From: an uncultured Methanosarcinales archaeon
GTDB taxonomy: Archaea > Nanobdellota > Nanobdellia > Woesearchaeales > CALCXY01
Direction: 5' to 3'
Length of the DNA: 33,744 nucleotides
NCBI GenBank assembly: GCA_964385185.1
Contig: CAYLOA010000013.1
Span: 1-33,744, forward strand
Below are positions 1 through 8,540 of this stretch, one piece after another. The position numbers and the translations under genes are program-made. Positions within the stretch are counted from its first letter, which is position 1, and each line of letters opens with the position of its first letter. Under the pieces are notes generated by a model. That model was not told where the DNA came from and ran no database searches. It saw only the letters and a list, made by a program, of their open reading frames with translations.

Positions 1-34
1 TCGCTATTAGAACAATAATGGCTTTAATGGTCAT
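1..34 (-). CDS. 5' end of a gene running off the left edge (MTIKAIIVLIA...), hydrophobic N-terminus, possibly secreted or membrane
   Basis: ATG at 34 (minus), open to position 1. TTTAAATA box at 57-64 lies 23 nt upstream, the same spacing as at other genes here. Confidence 0.5.
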   Translation of the reverse strand, partial: MTIKAIIVLIA

Positions 35-56
35 GGATAATAATTGAGAATAAAGC

Positions 57-64
57 TATTTAAA
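57..64 (-). promoter_or_regulatory. Archaeal TATA box for the edge gene (leaderless)
   Basis: TTTAAATA on the minus strand, 23 nt upstream of the ATG at 34. Confidence 0.5.
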
Positions 65-72
65 GATATTGG

Positions 73-381
73 TCAATTATCATTATCATCTGCACTATCA
101 TAGACATCTACACAGCAGAATTGAGCACAGTTAGTGTCTGGGAGTTTAACTTCGTTGGATTCACAGCCGTTCTGTTCACAGACACCGTTCTTTGCTTCGC
201 AGTTTTGGATTTCGGTTCCGAAGACTTTAATCTTTCCTGTGAAGATAACGACGATTAGAATTAAGACAATTAAAGCTATAGCAGCCACAATGATGATATT
301 AATGGCTATTGCTGCTCCTTTTTTTGAGTTTTTAGACTTGTTAAATAAAGATGGAAAAGAAAAAGAAGAAATTGGAGGCAT
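73..381 (-). CDS. Small type IV pilin-like protein, class III signal peptide, six-Cys C-terminal domain
   Basis: KKG/AAIAINIIIVAAIALIVLILIVVIF basic leader plus hydrophobic helix, then C-x6-C-x4-C-x11-C-x3-CC. Starts 1 nt after the stop of its paralog. Confidence 0.8.
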   Translation of the reverse strand: MPPISSFSFPSLFNKSKNSKKGAAIAINIIIVAAIALIVLILIVVIFTGKIKVFGTEIQNCEAKNGVCEQNGCESNEVKLPDTNCAQFCCVDVYDSADDNDN

Positions 382-382
382 A

Positions 383-646
383 CTATGCCCCTGCTTTTAG
401 ACAACATCTTTGTCCTTCAGTTGAACATGTAAATGTTGGATGTGGAGTTGCAAAGTCAACTGCGTCGCCTTCACCGCAAGAGTCTGCACATAAGGTATTT
501 GAACCGAATGAGCCACATTCATTAGACTTTCGACTAAAGATGTCTACTCTCCCAATAAAGATTACTGATAGTACAACGAGTACTAGAAGAGCGATGGCAG
601 CTACTATAATAACATTAATAGAAATGCCTTGTCCTTTTTTATCCAT
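383..646 (-). CDS. Small type IV pilin-like protein, class III signal peptide, six-Cys C-terminal domain
   Basis: MDKKG/QGISINVIIVAAIALLVLVVL, then C-x8-C-x3-C-x16-C-x6-CC. GAGGTGA Shine-Dalgarno at 651-657. Confidence 0.85.
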   Translation of the reverse strand: MDKKGQGISINVIIVAAIALLVLVVLSVIFIGRVDIFSRKSNECGSFGSNTLCADSCGEGDAVDFATPHPTFTCSTEGQRCCLKAGA

Positions 647-650
647 GGAA

Positions 651-698
651 TCACCTCAATATTCTAATACTTTGGTATTTAGGAGACTGGTATTTAAA
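651..698 (-). promoter_or_regulatory. TATA box (691-698) and Shine-Dalgarno (651-657) of the two-pilin unit
   Basis: Minus strand reads ACAAAACA-TTTAAATA (BRE/TATA-like), and GAGGTGA lies 4 nt before the ATG at 646. Confidence 0.6.
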
Positions 699-745
699 TG
701 TTTTGTTAATGGTTTATACATATCAAATTATGGGGTTTGTGAGAA

Positions 746-2176
746 TTAGTAAGAGTTTCCCCTATATCGTAGACAATTCTTTACTGTATTGATCTCCATA
801 AAGTTCGTAGCGTGGTCAAATTTCGCTGGAGAAGCAACCACAATGATCACTACATCAGATCCTTTTAGTATTTTTTTCTTAACTAAAGGGGTAATTGCCG
901 TATGTAAGAGTGTATCTGTGGATTTTGCCTTTTTGATTACAGCTGAATGTATCCCATAGGATAATTGTAGCTGTCTCATAATCATAGGATCGAAAGCAGG
1001 GGCGTAGATTCGTAATTTTCCCCTAAAAGATGAAATGTATTTAGCTGTTCTGCCTGATCTTGAGGGGACAATTAAAGCGTTAATTTTAGTATCTGCTGAG
1101 ATTGCTAATGCTGCTTTACCTAATCTCGTTCTAAGATCTTCAGCTGATTGTTTCATAGCTGCATATTTGAAATTAGGTTTTGAAGCTTCCACTCTTTTTG
1201 CGATTCTTGACATCACTTCTACTGATTCAACAGGATATTGGCCTTTGGCTGTCTCTCCTGAAAGCATAATTGCATCTGTACCGTCTAAAATAGCGTTTGC
1301 AACGTCTGATACTTCTGCTCTCGTAGGTCGTGGATGGGTAATCATAGATTGAAGCATTTGAGTTGCAGTAATAACTGGTTTTGCCTTCATTATACATTTA
1401 GTGATAATCTTCTTTTGAACTAATGGAACGACTTCTGCATCAAGTTCTACTCCTAGATCTCCTCGAGCAACCATAATTCCATGTGCTGTATCGATAATTT
1501 CATCGATATTCTGTACACCTTGATTATTTTCTATCTTAGCGATTATTTTACATTTTGAATTATGTTTTTTCAGAATGGATTTTACTGCTAGAACATCTTC
1601 TTTTGATCGTACAAAAGATTGAGCTATAAAATCTAATTTATGTCTGATAGCAAAGTCGATAAACACCTTATCTTTTTTAGTTAAGGTTGGTAGATTTAAG
1701 ACGACGTTGGGAACATTCATTGTTTTTTTGCTGCCCACAATACCTTCGTTTAGAACTTTACATGTTAATGCTGTTTTGCTCTTTTTTACGACCTTTAATG
1801 TTAGTTCACCGTCGTCTATTACTAATGTAGAATCTTTAGGGACTTCCTTTACAAATTTATTATAAGATACATAAATAGTAGATTCCGTTGTAGGTGCAGA
1901 TCCAGATTTAACCTGAACTATTGCATTTTTCTTGAAAACAAGATCTCCTCCTGTGGATGATGTTCGAATTTCTGGACCTTTAATATCGACTAAGATTGCT
2001 ATATCATCTGCAACTTTTCTTGTATTTTTTATGACTACAAGGGCATCTTTAGGTTCTTGGTGAGCAGTGTTTAATCTCACCACATTCATGCCTCCTTTAT
2101 AGAGTTTCTTCATTAAGGGTAGACCACAATTTCTATCAGAGATTGTTGCTACAATTTTAGTTTGTTTTTCTCGCAT
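746..2176 (-). CDS. pyk: Pyruvate kinase
   Basis: Canonical motifs TKIVAT, RLNTAH, DIKGPEIRT, IIAKIEN, MVARGDLGVE, ATQMLQSM, PTRAEVSDVANA, MLSGETA. Confidence 0.98.
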   Translation of the reverse strand: MREKQTKIVATISDRNCGLPLMKKLYKGGMNVVRLNTAHQEPKDALVVIKNTRKVADDIAILVDIKGPEIRTSSTGGDLVFKKNAIVQVKSGSAPTTESTIYVSYNKFVKEVPKDSTLVIDDGELTLKVVKKSKTALTCKVLNEGIVGSKKTMNVPNVVLNLPTLTKKDKVFIDFAIRHKLDFIAQSFVRSKEDVLAVKSILKKHNSKCKIIAKIENNQGVQNIDEIIDTAHGIMVARGDLGVELDAEVVPLVQKKIITKCIMKAKPVITATQMLQSMITHPRPTRAEVSDVANAILDGTDAIMLSGETAKGQYPVESVEVMSRIAKRVEASKPNFKYAAMKQSAEDLRTRLGKAALAISADTKINALIVPSRSGRTAKYISSFRGKLRIYAPAFDPMIMRQLQLSYGIHSAVIKKAKSTDTLLHTAITPLVKKKILKGSDVVIIVVASPAKFDHATNFMEINTVKNCLRYRGNSY

Positions 2177-2198
2177 TGCAGATATACACCCTGTTGAG

Positions 2199-2206
2199 TA
2201 TTTAAA
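2199..2206 (-). promoter_or_regulatory. TATA box of pyk (leaderless)
   Basis: TTTAAATA 23 nt upstream of the ATG at 2176. Confidence 0.6.
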
Positions 2207-2221
2207 TATATTGGAGGAGAA

Positions 2222-2542
2222 TTAAGCGATTTCAAGTAAAATATGTTTTTTGTCTGGGACCGATACTTCAATTTCCTGTCCTTTTTTGAGATTTAACGAG
2301 GATACAACATGTTTATTCAAATATAATCCTAGCCGTTCTCCAGATAATTTAACGATTTTTTGTGTAATTTTCAAAGATTGTTCCTTTAGCTCATCTACAA
2401 CCGAAGAACCTGATTTTTGATCGAATTTGAAAAAGTCACACTTAGGACATTGGAACGATTGGGCTTTTTTCTTAGAGTTAAAAAATGATACCCATACCTC
2501 TTTGAGATCTGCTGAACACTTTGGACAAGTAGTTTTGTTCAT
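2222..2542 (-). CDS. Zn-ribbon plus AbrB/MazE-like DNA-binding protein, putative antitoxin
   Basis: CPKC...CPKC zinc ribbon. C-terminal KIVKLSGERLGLYLNKHVVSSLNLKKGQEIEV matches the AbrB swapped-hairpin pattern. ATGA overlap with the upstream gene. Confidence 0.75.
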   Translation of the reverse strand: MNKTTCPKCSADLKEVWVSFFNSKKKAQSFQCPKCDFFKFDQKSGSSVVDELKEQSLKITQKIVKLSGERLGLYLNKHVVSSLNLKKGQEIEVSVPDKKHILLEIA

Positions 2543-2748
2543 TTTCTTTTTGCATTGATTATGTAAGCAACTGCATTTTTAATAGCAAACACAATAAAAT
2601 ATTTATCTGTTTCGATTTGATAAATATCTCCATTTTTTCTTGGATTTTTTGTTTCTAACAATATCTTTGTTACCTCTTCAGGTGGAATGTCCTTAAGATG
2701 GTATTTCAGATAATGTTGTGTGGGTTGTACACTTGTAAAGTACGGCAT
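2539..2748 (-). CDS. Small DUF4258/BrnT/RelE-like protein, putative toxin
   Basis: 69 aa with TQHYLKYH near the N-terminus and C-terminal beta strands ending YIINAKRK, the layout of BECR-fold small toxins. Coupled to the AbrB-like gene. Confidence 0.55.
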   Translation of the reverse strand: MPYFTSVQPTQHYLKYHLKDIPPEEVTKILLETKNPRKNGDIYQIETDKYFIVFAIKNAVAYIINAKRK

Positions 2749-2756
2749 TTTTTAGT

Positions 2757-2778
2757 CGTACTACATTATTGTAGTACG
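2757..2778. promoter_or_regulatory. Perfect 9-bp inverted repeat, putative operator of the TA-like pair
   Basis: CGTACTACA-ttat-TGTAGTACG lies between a TTTAAATA box (2785-2792, minus) and the ATG at 2748. Confidence 0.7.
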
Positions 2779-2794
2779 TTTATCTATTTAAACT

Positions 2795-3262
2795 TTACTC
2801 TTGTTTTAAGAGAGCTAGTGTTGCTGCTGAATCCTCCATAAAAGTCTCTCTTTGGATATCATAGATAATATGATGGATATCCATTTGAAAAGCTTGAAAT
2901 TTGTCCTCTAAGGCCTCTACAAAATCCTCTAAATGTTTAATGTGTTTAAAGATCGCTTCCACCATAAAATCATGTTGGTGATTTATCTTATAGACCGAAT
3001 TTATATTTTGATGCTTGCACAAATATTTTTTAGCTTCCTTTCTTAGCTCTTTTGGGATGGCCATCATCATTATTACTTTAGTTGAGAAACCAAAGTCGTT
3101 AAAGTCTAAGAGAGCGGTGTATTTTTTAACCGCTCGATCATACTTTATTTTGTCAAACACCGTAGAAATCGGGAGTTTTGTTGACTTTGCAATATTGGTT
3201 AATGATTTTCTCCCATCTTTTCGTAGTTGGGCATATATTTTCAAATCTTTTTCTCTGTACAT
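2795..3262 (-). CDS. Lrp/AsnC family transcriptional regulator
   Basis: N-terminal HTH (DLKIYAQLRKDGRKSLTNIAKSTKLPISTV), linker YTALLDF..GF, RAM domain. Start moved to ATG 3262 because GAGGTG at 3269-3274 fits as its Shine-Dalgarno. Confidence 0.92.
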   Translation of the reverse strand: MYREKDLKIYAQLRKDGRKSLTNIAKSTKLPISTVFDKIKYDRAVKKYTALLDFNDFGFSTKVIMMMAIPKELRKEAKKYLCKHQNINSVYKINHQHDFMVEAIFKHIKHLEDFVEALEDKFQAFQMDIHHIIYDIQRETFMEDSAATLALLKQE

Positions 3263-3308
3263 CGTAAACACCTCGTTTTTTCGTTTTAATCTTCTGAAAA
3301 AATTGTAG

Positions 3309-3426
3309 ATAATACGTTTTTCTCGGAAGATATTCGTATTATGTAGCTAGTTCTTAGAAATTATATATTTTTGTCTTATGCCTTATATATTGCCTTATAA
3401 TTATATATTTTAGGAAGGCTTAAATA
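3309..3426. promoter_or_regulatory. Divergent lrp/phoU control region with inverted repeat, AT-rich direct repeats and TATA box
   Basis: ATAATACG...CGTATTAT (3309-3316/3335-3342); AATTATATATTTT at 3359 and 3399; TGCCTTATA at 3379 and 3391; CTTAAATA at 3419-3426, 23 nt before the ATG at 3449. Confidence 0.45.
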
Positions 3427-3448
3427 GGTATTTTGTTCTTATATTGTA

Positions 3449-4357
3449 ATGGAACGGAAAGTTATCCAGTTAGCAGGAAGGACTTTAGTGGTTAGTTTAC
3501 CTAGCCAGTGGGCAAGAAAGTATCATGTTAAGAAAGGGGATACCATTCAAGTGGAAGATCAAGATAATGCTTTAATCATTTCCAGTGAGAAGCGTGAAAC
3601 TAATAAGAAAGTTACTATAGATGTGGGAGGGATGGTCTCAATAATCAAAAGATCTTTGGGTGCATTGTATAAAATTGGCTATGATGAATTTGAGGTGATA
3701 TATTCTAGTAAAGAAGAATTTTCTGTGTGTCAGGAAGTTGTAAGAGAGGAATTTTTGGGATTTGAAATAGTTCATCATGGGAAGAATAGAATTGTTGTAA
3801 AGAATGTAACTTCTGTCAATTTTGAGGACTTTGATGTTATGTTTAAAAGAATTTTTTTTATTATCAAAGAAATGGGTCAATCTCTTGTTGAATCATGGCA
3901 GGAATCTGATTATGATTGGATTAAAAGTATTGTTCTGAGAGATAAAGACATCAACAAAATTGATGATTTTTGTAGAAGAGTGCTCAACCAAAGGGGACAT
4001 CCGAAATATAAGTTAACTGCCCCTCTTTACTATATTGTAGAACAACTTGAACGTGTTGGAGATGTGTACAGAGATATGGCAAAAGAAATTAACATGGGTA
4101 AGATTAAAGCATCTAACGATCATTTAGAATTATTGAAACGTATAAATGCATATTTTAATGATTTTTTTGAATTCTACTATTCATTTAACTTAAAAAAAGC
4201 ACATGATTTCGTCAATGAAGGAAAAGTGTTGAAAACTCTAATTTCAGCCAGTCAAAGCACGAATATTAAAAAATATGGTGGATTGTTAATCCTTTACTCT
4301 TCATTAGTTGAACACATATTTGATATGAATGGTGCGACGATGGCAATTAATCTTTAA
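3449..4357 (+). CDS. phoU: Archaeal phosphate uptake regulator (AbrB N-domain plus PhoU domains)
   Basis: MERKVIQLAGRTLVVSLPSQWARKYHVKKGD AbrB motif; PhoU motifs DKDINKIDDFCRR and EQLERVGD. Confidence 0.88.
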   Translation: MERKVIQLAGRTLVVSLPSQWARKYHVKKGDTIQVEDQDNALIISSEKRETNKKVTIDVGGMVSIIKRSLGALYKIGYDEFEVIYSSKEEFSVCQEVVREEFLGFEIVHHGKNRIVVKNVTSVNFEDFDVMFKRIFFIIKEMGQSLVESWQESDYDWIKSIVLRDKDINKIDDFCRRVLNQRGHPKYKLTAPLYYIVEQLERVGDVYRDMAKEINMGKIKASNDHLELLKRINAYFNDFFEFYYSFNLKKAHDFVNEGKVLKTLISASQSTNIKKYGGLLILYSSLVEHIFDMNGATMAINL

Positions 4358-7300
4358 CTAAAGGTAATTTCGCTTAAGGCAGAATGTAATCGATGTAATG
4401 CTTTATTCTCCTCGGTAGAACATGATTTATTATCAAGTATATTATCTAAAGAGGATTTTGCTGTCACAAAATGATGATACTTATACTCAATTTCTAAGGT
4501 ATTTTGATCCGGATTATCTTGCTGAGAGTGAGCGTCTCTTGAACGATATCCAATTAATTCGAGGTGACGTTGAATCCTAGCAAAGTCGTAATCTAATTTG
4601 AATTGTGTTGGATCAATATCTTGACTAGTTTCGGCGATATATATTTCTTGCATTTCTTGGATTTCATCTCTAGTAAGGTAAGCAAAACCGAATTCCAATA
4701 AGCTGACAAGATCAATTTGTACCGCTCTTTCATCCAGAGCCTCGAAGTCTATTGCCTGCATTGTCTGATCATGTTTTAGCACCCAATTTCTTACATTTCC
4801 ATCAATATAGAATCCTTGTTTTGCTGCCCTGAGTCTCTCATCTATTACCCAAAAATTTTCTAAAATTGTTTTGTGAACTTCATCTGGAATCGTTCTTTCA
4901 TCATATTTTTCCACTTGTCTGAAAAATAAATCTTCAATTCTGCCCGTATAATAATCATCTATTTTCTCTGTTTGATGTAACTTCAAATTAGAAGAACCAA
5001 ATTCATGTAGGTTTGCCATTAACTTTACACATTCCTTTATTGCATGGTAAGCATCTACTCTTTTTTCTTCCCTAATATAATCCAGAAGGGATCCTCTCTC
5101 GGCCCTCTCCAGGAAGAGATAACTATAATCGTCACTAGCTAAAGAAAATCCTATTACTTGAGGGACATTTTCTGGAAATCTTGTACGCAGTTTTTGATTA
5201 TTTTCATAATCTGTTGCGATGGCCAGATGATCCTTTGATCTTTTAATGACATACGTACTTTGGATAATTCCCTCTGATGAAAATTCAAGTGCCTCATGTC
5301 GAGAATCTACAAGAGGATCCCAATTTGTACTGCCGTCACTTTTTTTTAATAAGGATTTAAGAGCTTCTTCTTTTACTTGGAATGATCTTTCAGGGAGATT
5401 TTGATGGATAAGGGCTTCGGAGAAAAGAATTCTTGCAGCTTCATGTGTACAATCAGTAGAACTTTCCCCTAATTCCCCTAATTTCTCGAAAACCTTTTGA
5501 GAAAGTTTGAAATATCCCATACCTGCAAGGTCGTATCCTTGTAATACAATTTTTTGAATATCTGCTGCATCTACTACCTGCTTTCTCAGAATATTTAATG
5601 TAGAAGGTAGAGCACATCCTAGTTGCAATATATGTGAATTGAACACTGTTCCTTGAGTGTATTCAATTTCAGCAAATTTTCTTAGCCCATTTCGCAGGTG
5701 CATCATGGCCTGTTGTGTTTCTCCTCTTTCAAAGCATCTTCTTGCTTGCAGTCGATCATAGATAGGTCCTTTGTAGTTCATGGCTTCGATTTGTTTTGTT
5801 AAATTATCTTCTAGTTGATTCTCCTCACTACTCTTACTCATTTTATAGTCGATATATTCAGATTTAAGCATATTTTCTATTTTTGGAGACTTGTAGTGGG
5901 TAGCAAATTCACATAAGCTGTGAATTAATAATGGAATTGTGACAGACCCTAATAGGCCTGTTACCCCTGCCAGTTTGTAAAAATTTGCAAAAAAATCATT
6001 ATTTTGAGTATACATATTTTTAATAAAGTAGGATGCAGGTACCATATAAGAAGCGATTGCGGGAAGGTAAGGATGGTTAGCCAATACGTCTGAAATATGA
6101 TACTTGTTGTCCTCGTGAGGATTAGATGAAAATCTACCTGTGCATTTTTTTGTATTTCCTATATCCTTTACTAGAAGTAGATTAAGGCCTGCTAGGAAAG
6201 CCATTCCTCCTAAGAACATATGGAATGTGTAGTTGGAAACCTCCAAACCAAGACTTGTCTGTCTATCAATTTTTTTTTCTGTTGTATTATAAGTGAACAG
6301 ATCCACACCGGAAGGTCGTAATTGACCGTAAATTGAGGAAAATAAAATCTCACTATTTTTCCATTTTCCCAAAAATGAAAAACCTGGGTCCAATTCAGAG
6401 GTAATGTGTTCTAAACCTTTTCTACCTACTTGACCAAGATATAGATGTTGTTGATTTAGGGAAGAATTAAAATTTGATTTTCTTAATTTCTTAACTTCCA
6501 CTTGCAAACAATATTGCGTGTGGTCTGGGGAAAATGTTAGGTTAGTTATGTCTCCAAAAACAGAACCTACAAAAGTAGCTTCAGAGTTAGCCAAATCTAT
6601 TTCCATGATGGATCCCCTACCCAGTCTTCCGTAATTATTGGTAATCAGCATAGCTTTCTCACCGAGTGGACCGATTAGGGCATAGATATTCTCATCAGTT
6701 TTTGTATACGCTAATTTGTCATACTTTTTCGTAATTCCATTAGTTTCTGCTACATAAAAATTAAATCTTTCATTATAGCATACTCTTGTGCCATCCTTTG
6801 ACCAAGAAAAAATTCGTTTATAATCATGATCTGCTATTTCTATAGTGGTTCTTTCTCCTGATTGTAGGTCACATAACTCAGTAGTTTCTGTGTTGCCATT
6901 AGATGTTTGGAGAACCATGTGTAGAGCATCTGGTGAAATATGACTTGGAGTGAATGTGAGTTTCTTTCCATCATGGATTATTATCTCCTCTAGTGTCTTT
7001 ACGTCTTGAATCCAAATTTTTTGATTTGCATCTGTTATTTTTTCAAAAATAATTTTATCCTGGCTTTCTGAAATGTAATGTCGAGTTTTGTGTTTATTTG
7101 TAAGGAATCGAGTTTGGCCATCTAAATTAGCGAGAGCCAAATCCTTATTTCTTCTCATATACAGAATTTCACCAGATTCTAGCCATTGATGAATTCTAAG
7201 AACATTTGGGTCAGGAAATGGTGTAAGTGTGTCTTTTTCAAAGTTGTAGATATCAAATTCTAATCCTTTTTTGGACAGATGTTGGAATGCTAGCTTTTTC

Positions 7301-7473
7301 CAATCGGGAGAGATATTTTCGATTTGTGGGGTAAGTAAAAACCGTTTTGCACTATAATTTTCTAGTATTTGAGAATGCCAATGCCAGTTAAGGGCACCCC
7401 ATGCCATTCCTCCCATCATGAGTGCTTGAGGCAGATATTTCTTTAGAAATTTAGTAACTTTATTAACCAACAT
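4354..7473 (-). CDS. Membrane protein with TolB-like beta-propeller, about four TM helices, helical linker and C-terminal APH/choline-kinase-like phosphotransferase domain
   Basis: PD40/TolB-type repeats (ISPD, ISPDA, WSKDGTRV, FSPDHTQY); hydrophobic segments; kinase motifs YVIKR, FLERAERGSLLDYI, IDGNVRN, IDFE. Confidence 0.75.
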   Translation of the reverse strand: MLVNKVTKFLKKYLPQALMMGGMAWGALNWHWHSQILENYSAKRFLLTPQIENISPDWKKLAFQHLSKKGLEFDIYNFEKDTLTPFPDPNVLRIHQWLESGEILYMRRNKDLALANLDGQTRFLTNKHKTRHYISESQDKIIFEKITDANQKIWIQDVKTLEEIIIHDGKKLTFTPSHISPDALHMVLQTSNGNTETTELCDLQSGERTTIEIADHDYKRIFSWSKDGTRVCYNERFNFYVAETNGITKKYDKLAYTKTDENIYALIGPLGEKAMLITNNYGRLGRGSIMEIDLANSEATFVGSVFGDITNLTFSPDHTQYCLQVEVKKLRKSNFNSSLNQQHLYLGQVGRKGLEHITSELDPGFSFLGKWKNSEILFSSIYGQLRPSGVDLFTYNTTEKKIDRQTSLGLEVSNYTFHMFLGGMAFLAGLNLLLVKDIGNTKKCTGRFSSNPHEDNKYHISDVLANHPYLPAIASYMVPASYFIKNMYTQNNDFFANFYKLAGVTGLLGSVTIPLLIHSLCEFATHYKSPKIENMLKSEYIDYKMSKSSEENQLEDNLTKQIEAMNYKGPIYDRLQARRCFERGETQQAMMHLRNGLRKFAEIEYTQGTVFNSHILQLGCALPSTLNILRKQVVDAADIQKIVLQGYDLAGMGYFKLSQKVFEKLGELGESSTDCTHEAARILFSEALIHQNLPERSFQVKEEALKSLLKKSDGSTNWDPLVDSRHEALEFSSEGIIQSTYVIKRSKDHLAIATDYENNQKLRTRFPENVPQVIGFSLASDDYSYLFLERAERGSLLDYIREEKRVDAYHAIKECVKLMANLHEFGSSNLKLHQTEKIDDYYTGRIEDLFFRQVEKYDERTIPDEVHKTILENFWVIDERLRAAKQGFYIDGNVRNWVLKHDQTMQAIDFEALDERAVQIDLVSLLEFGFAYLTRDEIQEMQEIYIAETSQDIDPTQFKLDYDFARIQRHLELIGYRSRDAHSQQDNPDQNTLEIEYKYHHFVTAKSSLDNILDNKSCSTEENKALHRLHSALSEITFS

Positions 7474-7495
7474 ATAGTATGGAGTGCTCTATTTT

Positions 7496-7503
7496 TTATA
7501 TAA
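7496..7503 (-). promoter_or_regulatory. TATA box of the propeller-kinase gene (leaderless)
   Basis: TTATATAA 23 nt upstream of the ATG at 7473. Confidence 0.55.
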
Positions 7504-7519
7504 GGATTTACGTTATTTA

Positions 7520-8062
7520 CTATATAACATCTCTGCATACTTGTAGTGTTACTTTCATTATGCCTGCACGGGTTTGGACAGGGGAGAATTTAGATTCTAT
7601 CTCTTGGCCGGCACATGCTTTGTCATAATCAGGATCAGAAGCCATCTGTATTATTCCTCTTCCTGGATCACATGCCTTATTTTTTATGATACAGGCTTCA
7701 AATCTGAAATTTCTGTTGGATTGTACCAATGTGGCGTCAAATATTTCTTGGATCTTTTCTTGGGCATAGTCACAGGAGTTGGTGAGTCCAGGGGGACAAT
7801 TATTGATCTCAGGAGATTGTCCTAAAGGCGTTTGGACGCAATCCTTCAATAGGTCTTGAATTCGTATATCTCCGCATTGTGTGGTGAATAACAAAACTGA
7901 GTTCTTTAGGTTTGCAGCGAGAACGGTATCAGCATATGATTGTTTTATAGTAGATTGTGGTTTTAGCAATACGAATCGAACCACGAACAGCATTCCTAGA
8001 ATCATCAGTATCACTACAATAGCCAATCCCATGATTTCAAACTGTCCTCTTTTTCTAGCCAT
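7520..8062 (-). CDS. Class III signal peptide (pilin-like) protein
   Basis: MARKRG/QFEIMGLAIVVILMILGMLFVV; several Cys; 8-bp overlap with the upstream gene. Confidence 0.82.
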   Translation of the reverse strand: MARKRGQFEIMGLAIVVILMILGMLFVVRFVLLKPQSTIKQSYADTVLAANLKNSVLLFTTQCGDIRIQDLLKDCVQTPLGQSPEINNCPPGLTNSCDYAQEKIQEIFDATLVQSNRNFRFEACIIKNKACDPGRGIIQMASDPDYDKACAGQEIESKFSPVQTRAGIMKVTLQVCRDVI

Positions 8063-8540
8063 ATGATTTCACCAGTAATTGTGCAAACTTATATCTGTCT
8101 TCGATGGGATTATAGATAGTAACGGGGACGGTTATGGTTGATATAAATAATGAATCTAGTTTGGGATTTGAGTATAGTGGAAATAGATCTGACCCTGAGC
8201 TATCTATGTCTAATTGTTCTAGAGTAACCTCGGAAAAGCCAAACGTATCTAGATAGAATTCTTTTGTCGATGAACTGGTCATTGCTCTGATAAAAGCATT
8301 TACTTTTAATTCATCAAAACAATTATCTGTTTGGATATTTCGAAAAGTACATTGTAATTCGGGAAGAAATGCTGCCTTTTGAGCAAGAGCAATGGCTTTG
8401 AGGTCTGCATTTCTTTCTGCATCTCTTGATATGGAAGTTTTTTGTATTTTTGTATAAAAACTGAAACCAAAAACTAACAAGAAAAAGAAAATGATCAATA
8501 CGGCGATCGTCTCTGTCATTTTAATTTGAGCCTTATTCAT
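8055..8540 (-). CDS. Class III signal peptide (pilin-like) protein
   Basis: MNKA/QIKMTETIAVLIIFFFLLVFGFSFY; TAATG stop/start overlap at 8540. Confidence 0.82.
   Translation of the reverse strand: MNKAQIKMTETIAVLIIFFFLLVFGFSFYTKIQKTSISRDAERNADLKAIALAQKAAFLPELQCTFRNIQTDNCFDELKVNAFIRAMTSSSTKEFYLDTFGFSEVTLEQLDIDSSGSDLFPLYSNPKLDSLFISTITVPVTIYNPIEDRYKFAQLLVKSYG

Noticed and set aside
673..718. TGGTATTTA twice and TGGTTTATA around the pilin promoter
   Set aside because: Short, AT-rich and overlapping the TATA box; cannot be separated from chance
134..749. Plus-strand ORFs 134-400 and 351-749
   Set aside because: Antisense to two well-supported pilin genes that have SD and TATA signals
3263..3271. 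GTG start for the Lrp gene at 3271
   Set aside because: The GTG is part of the GAGGTG Shine-Dalgarno for ATG 3262
4354..5260. Aminoglycoside-resistance interpretation of the APH-like domain
   Set aside because: The fold family is broad, and fusion to TMs and a propeller gives no support for a resistance role
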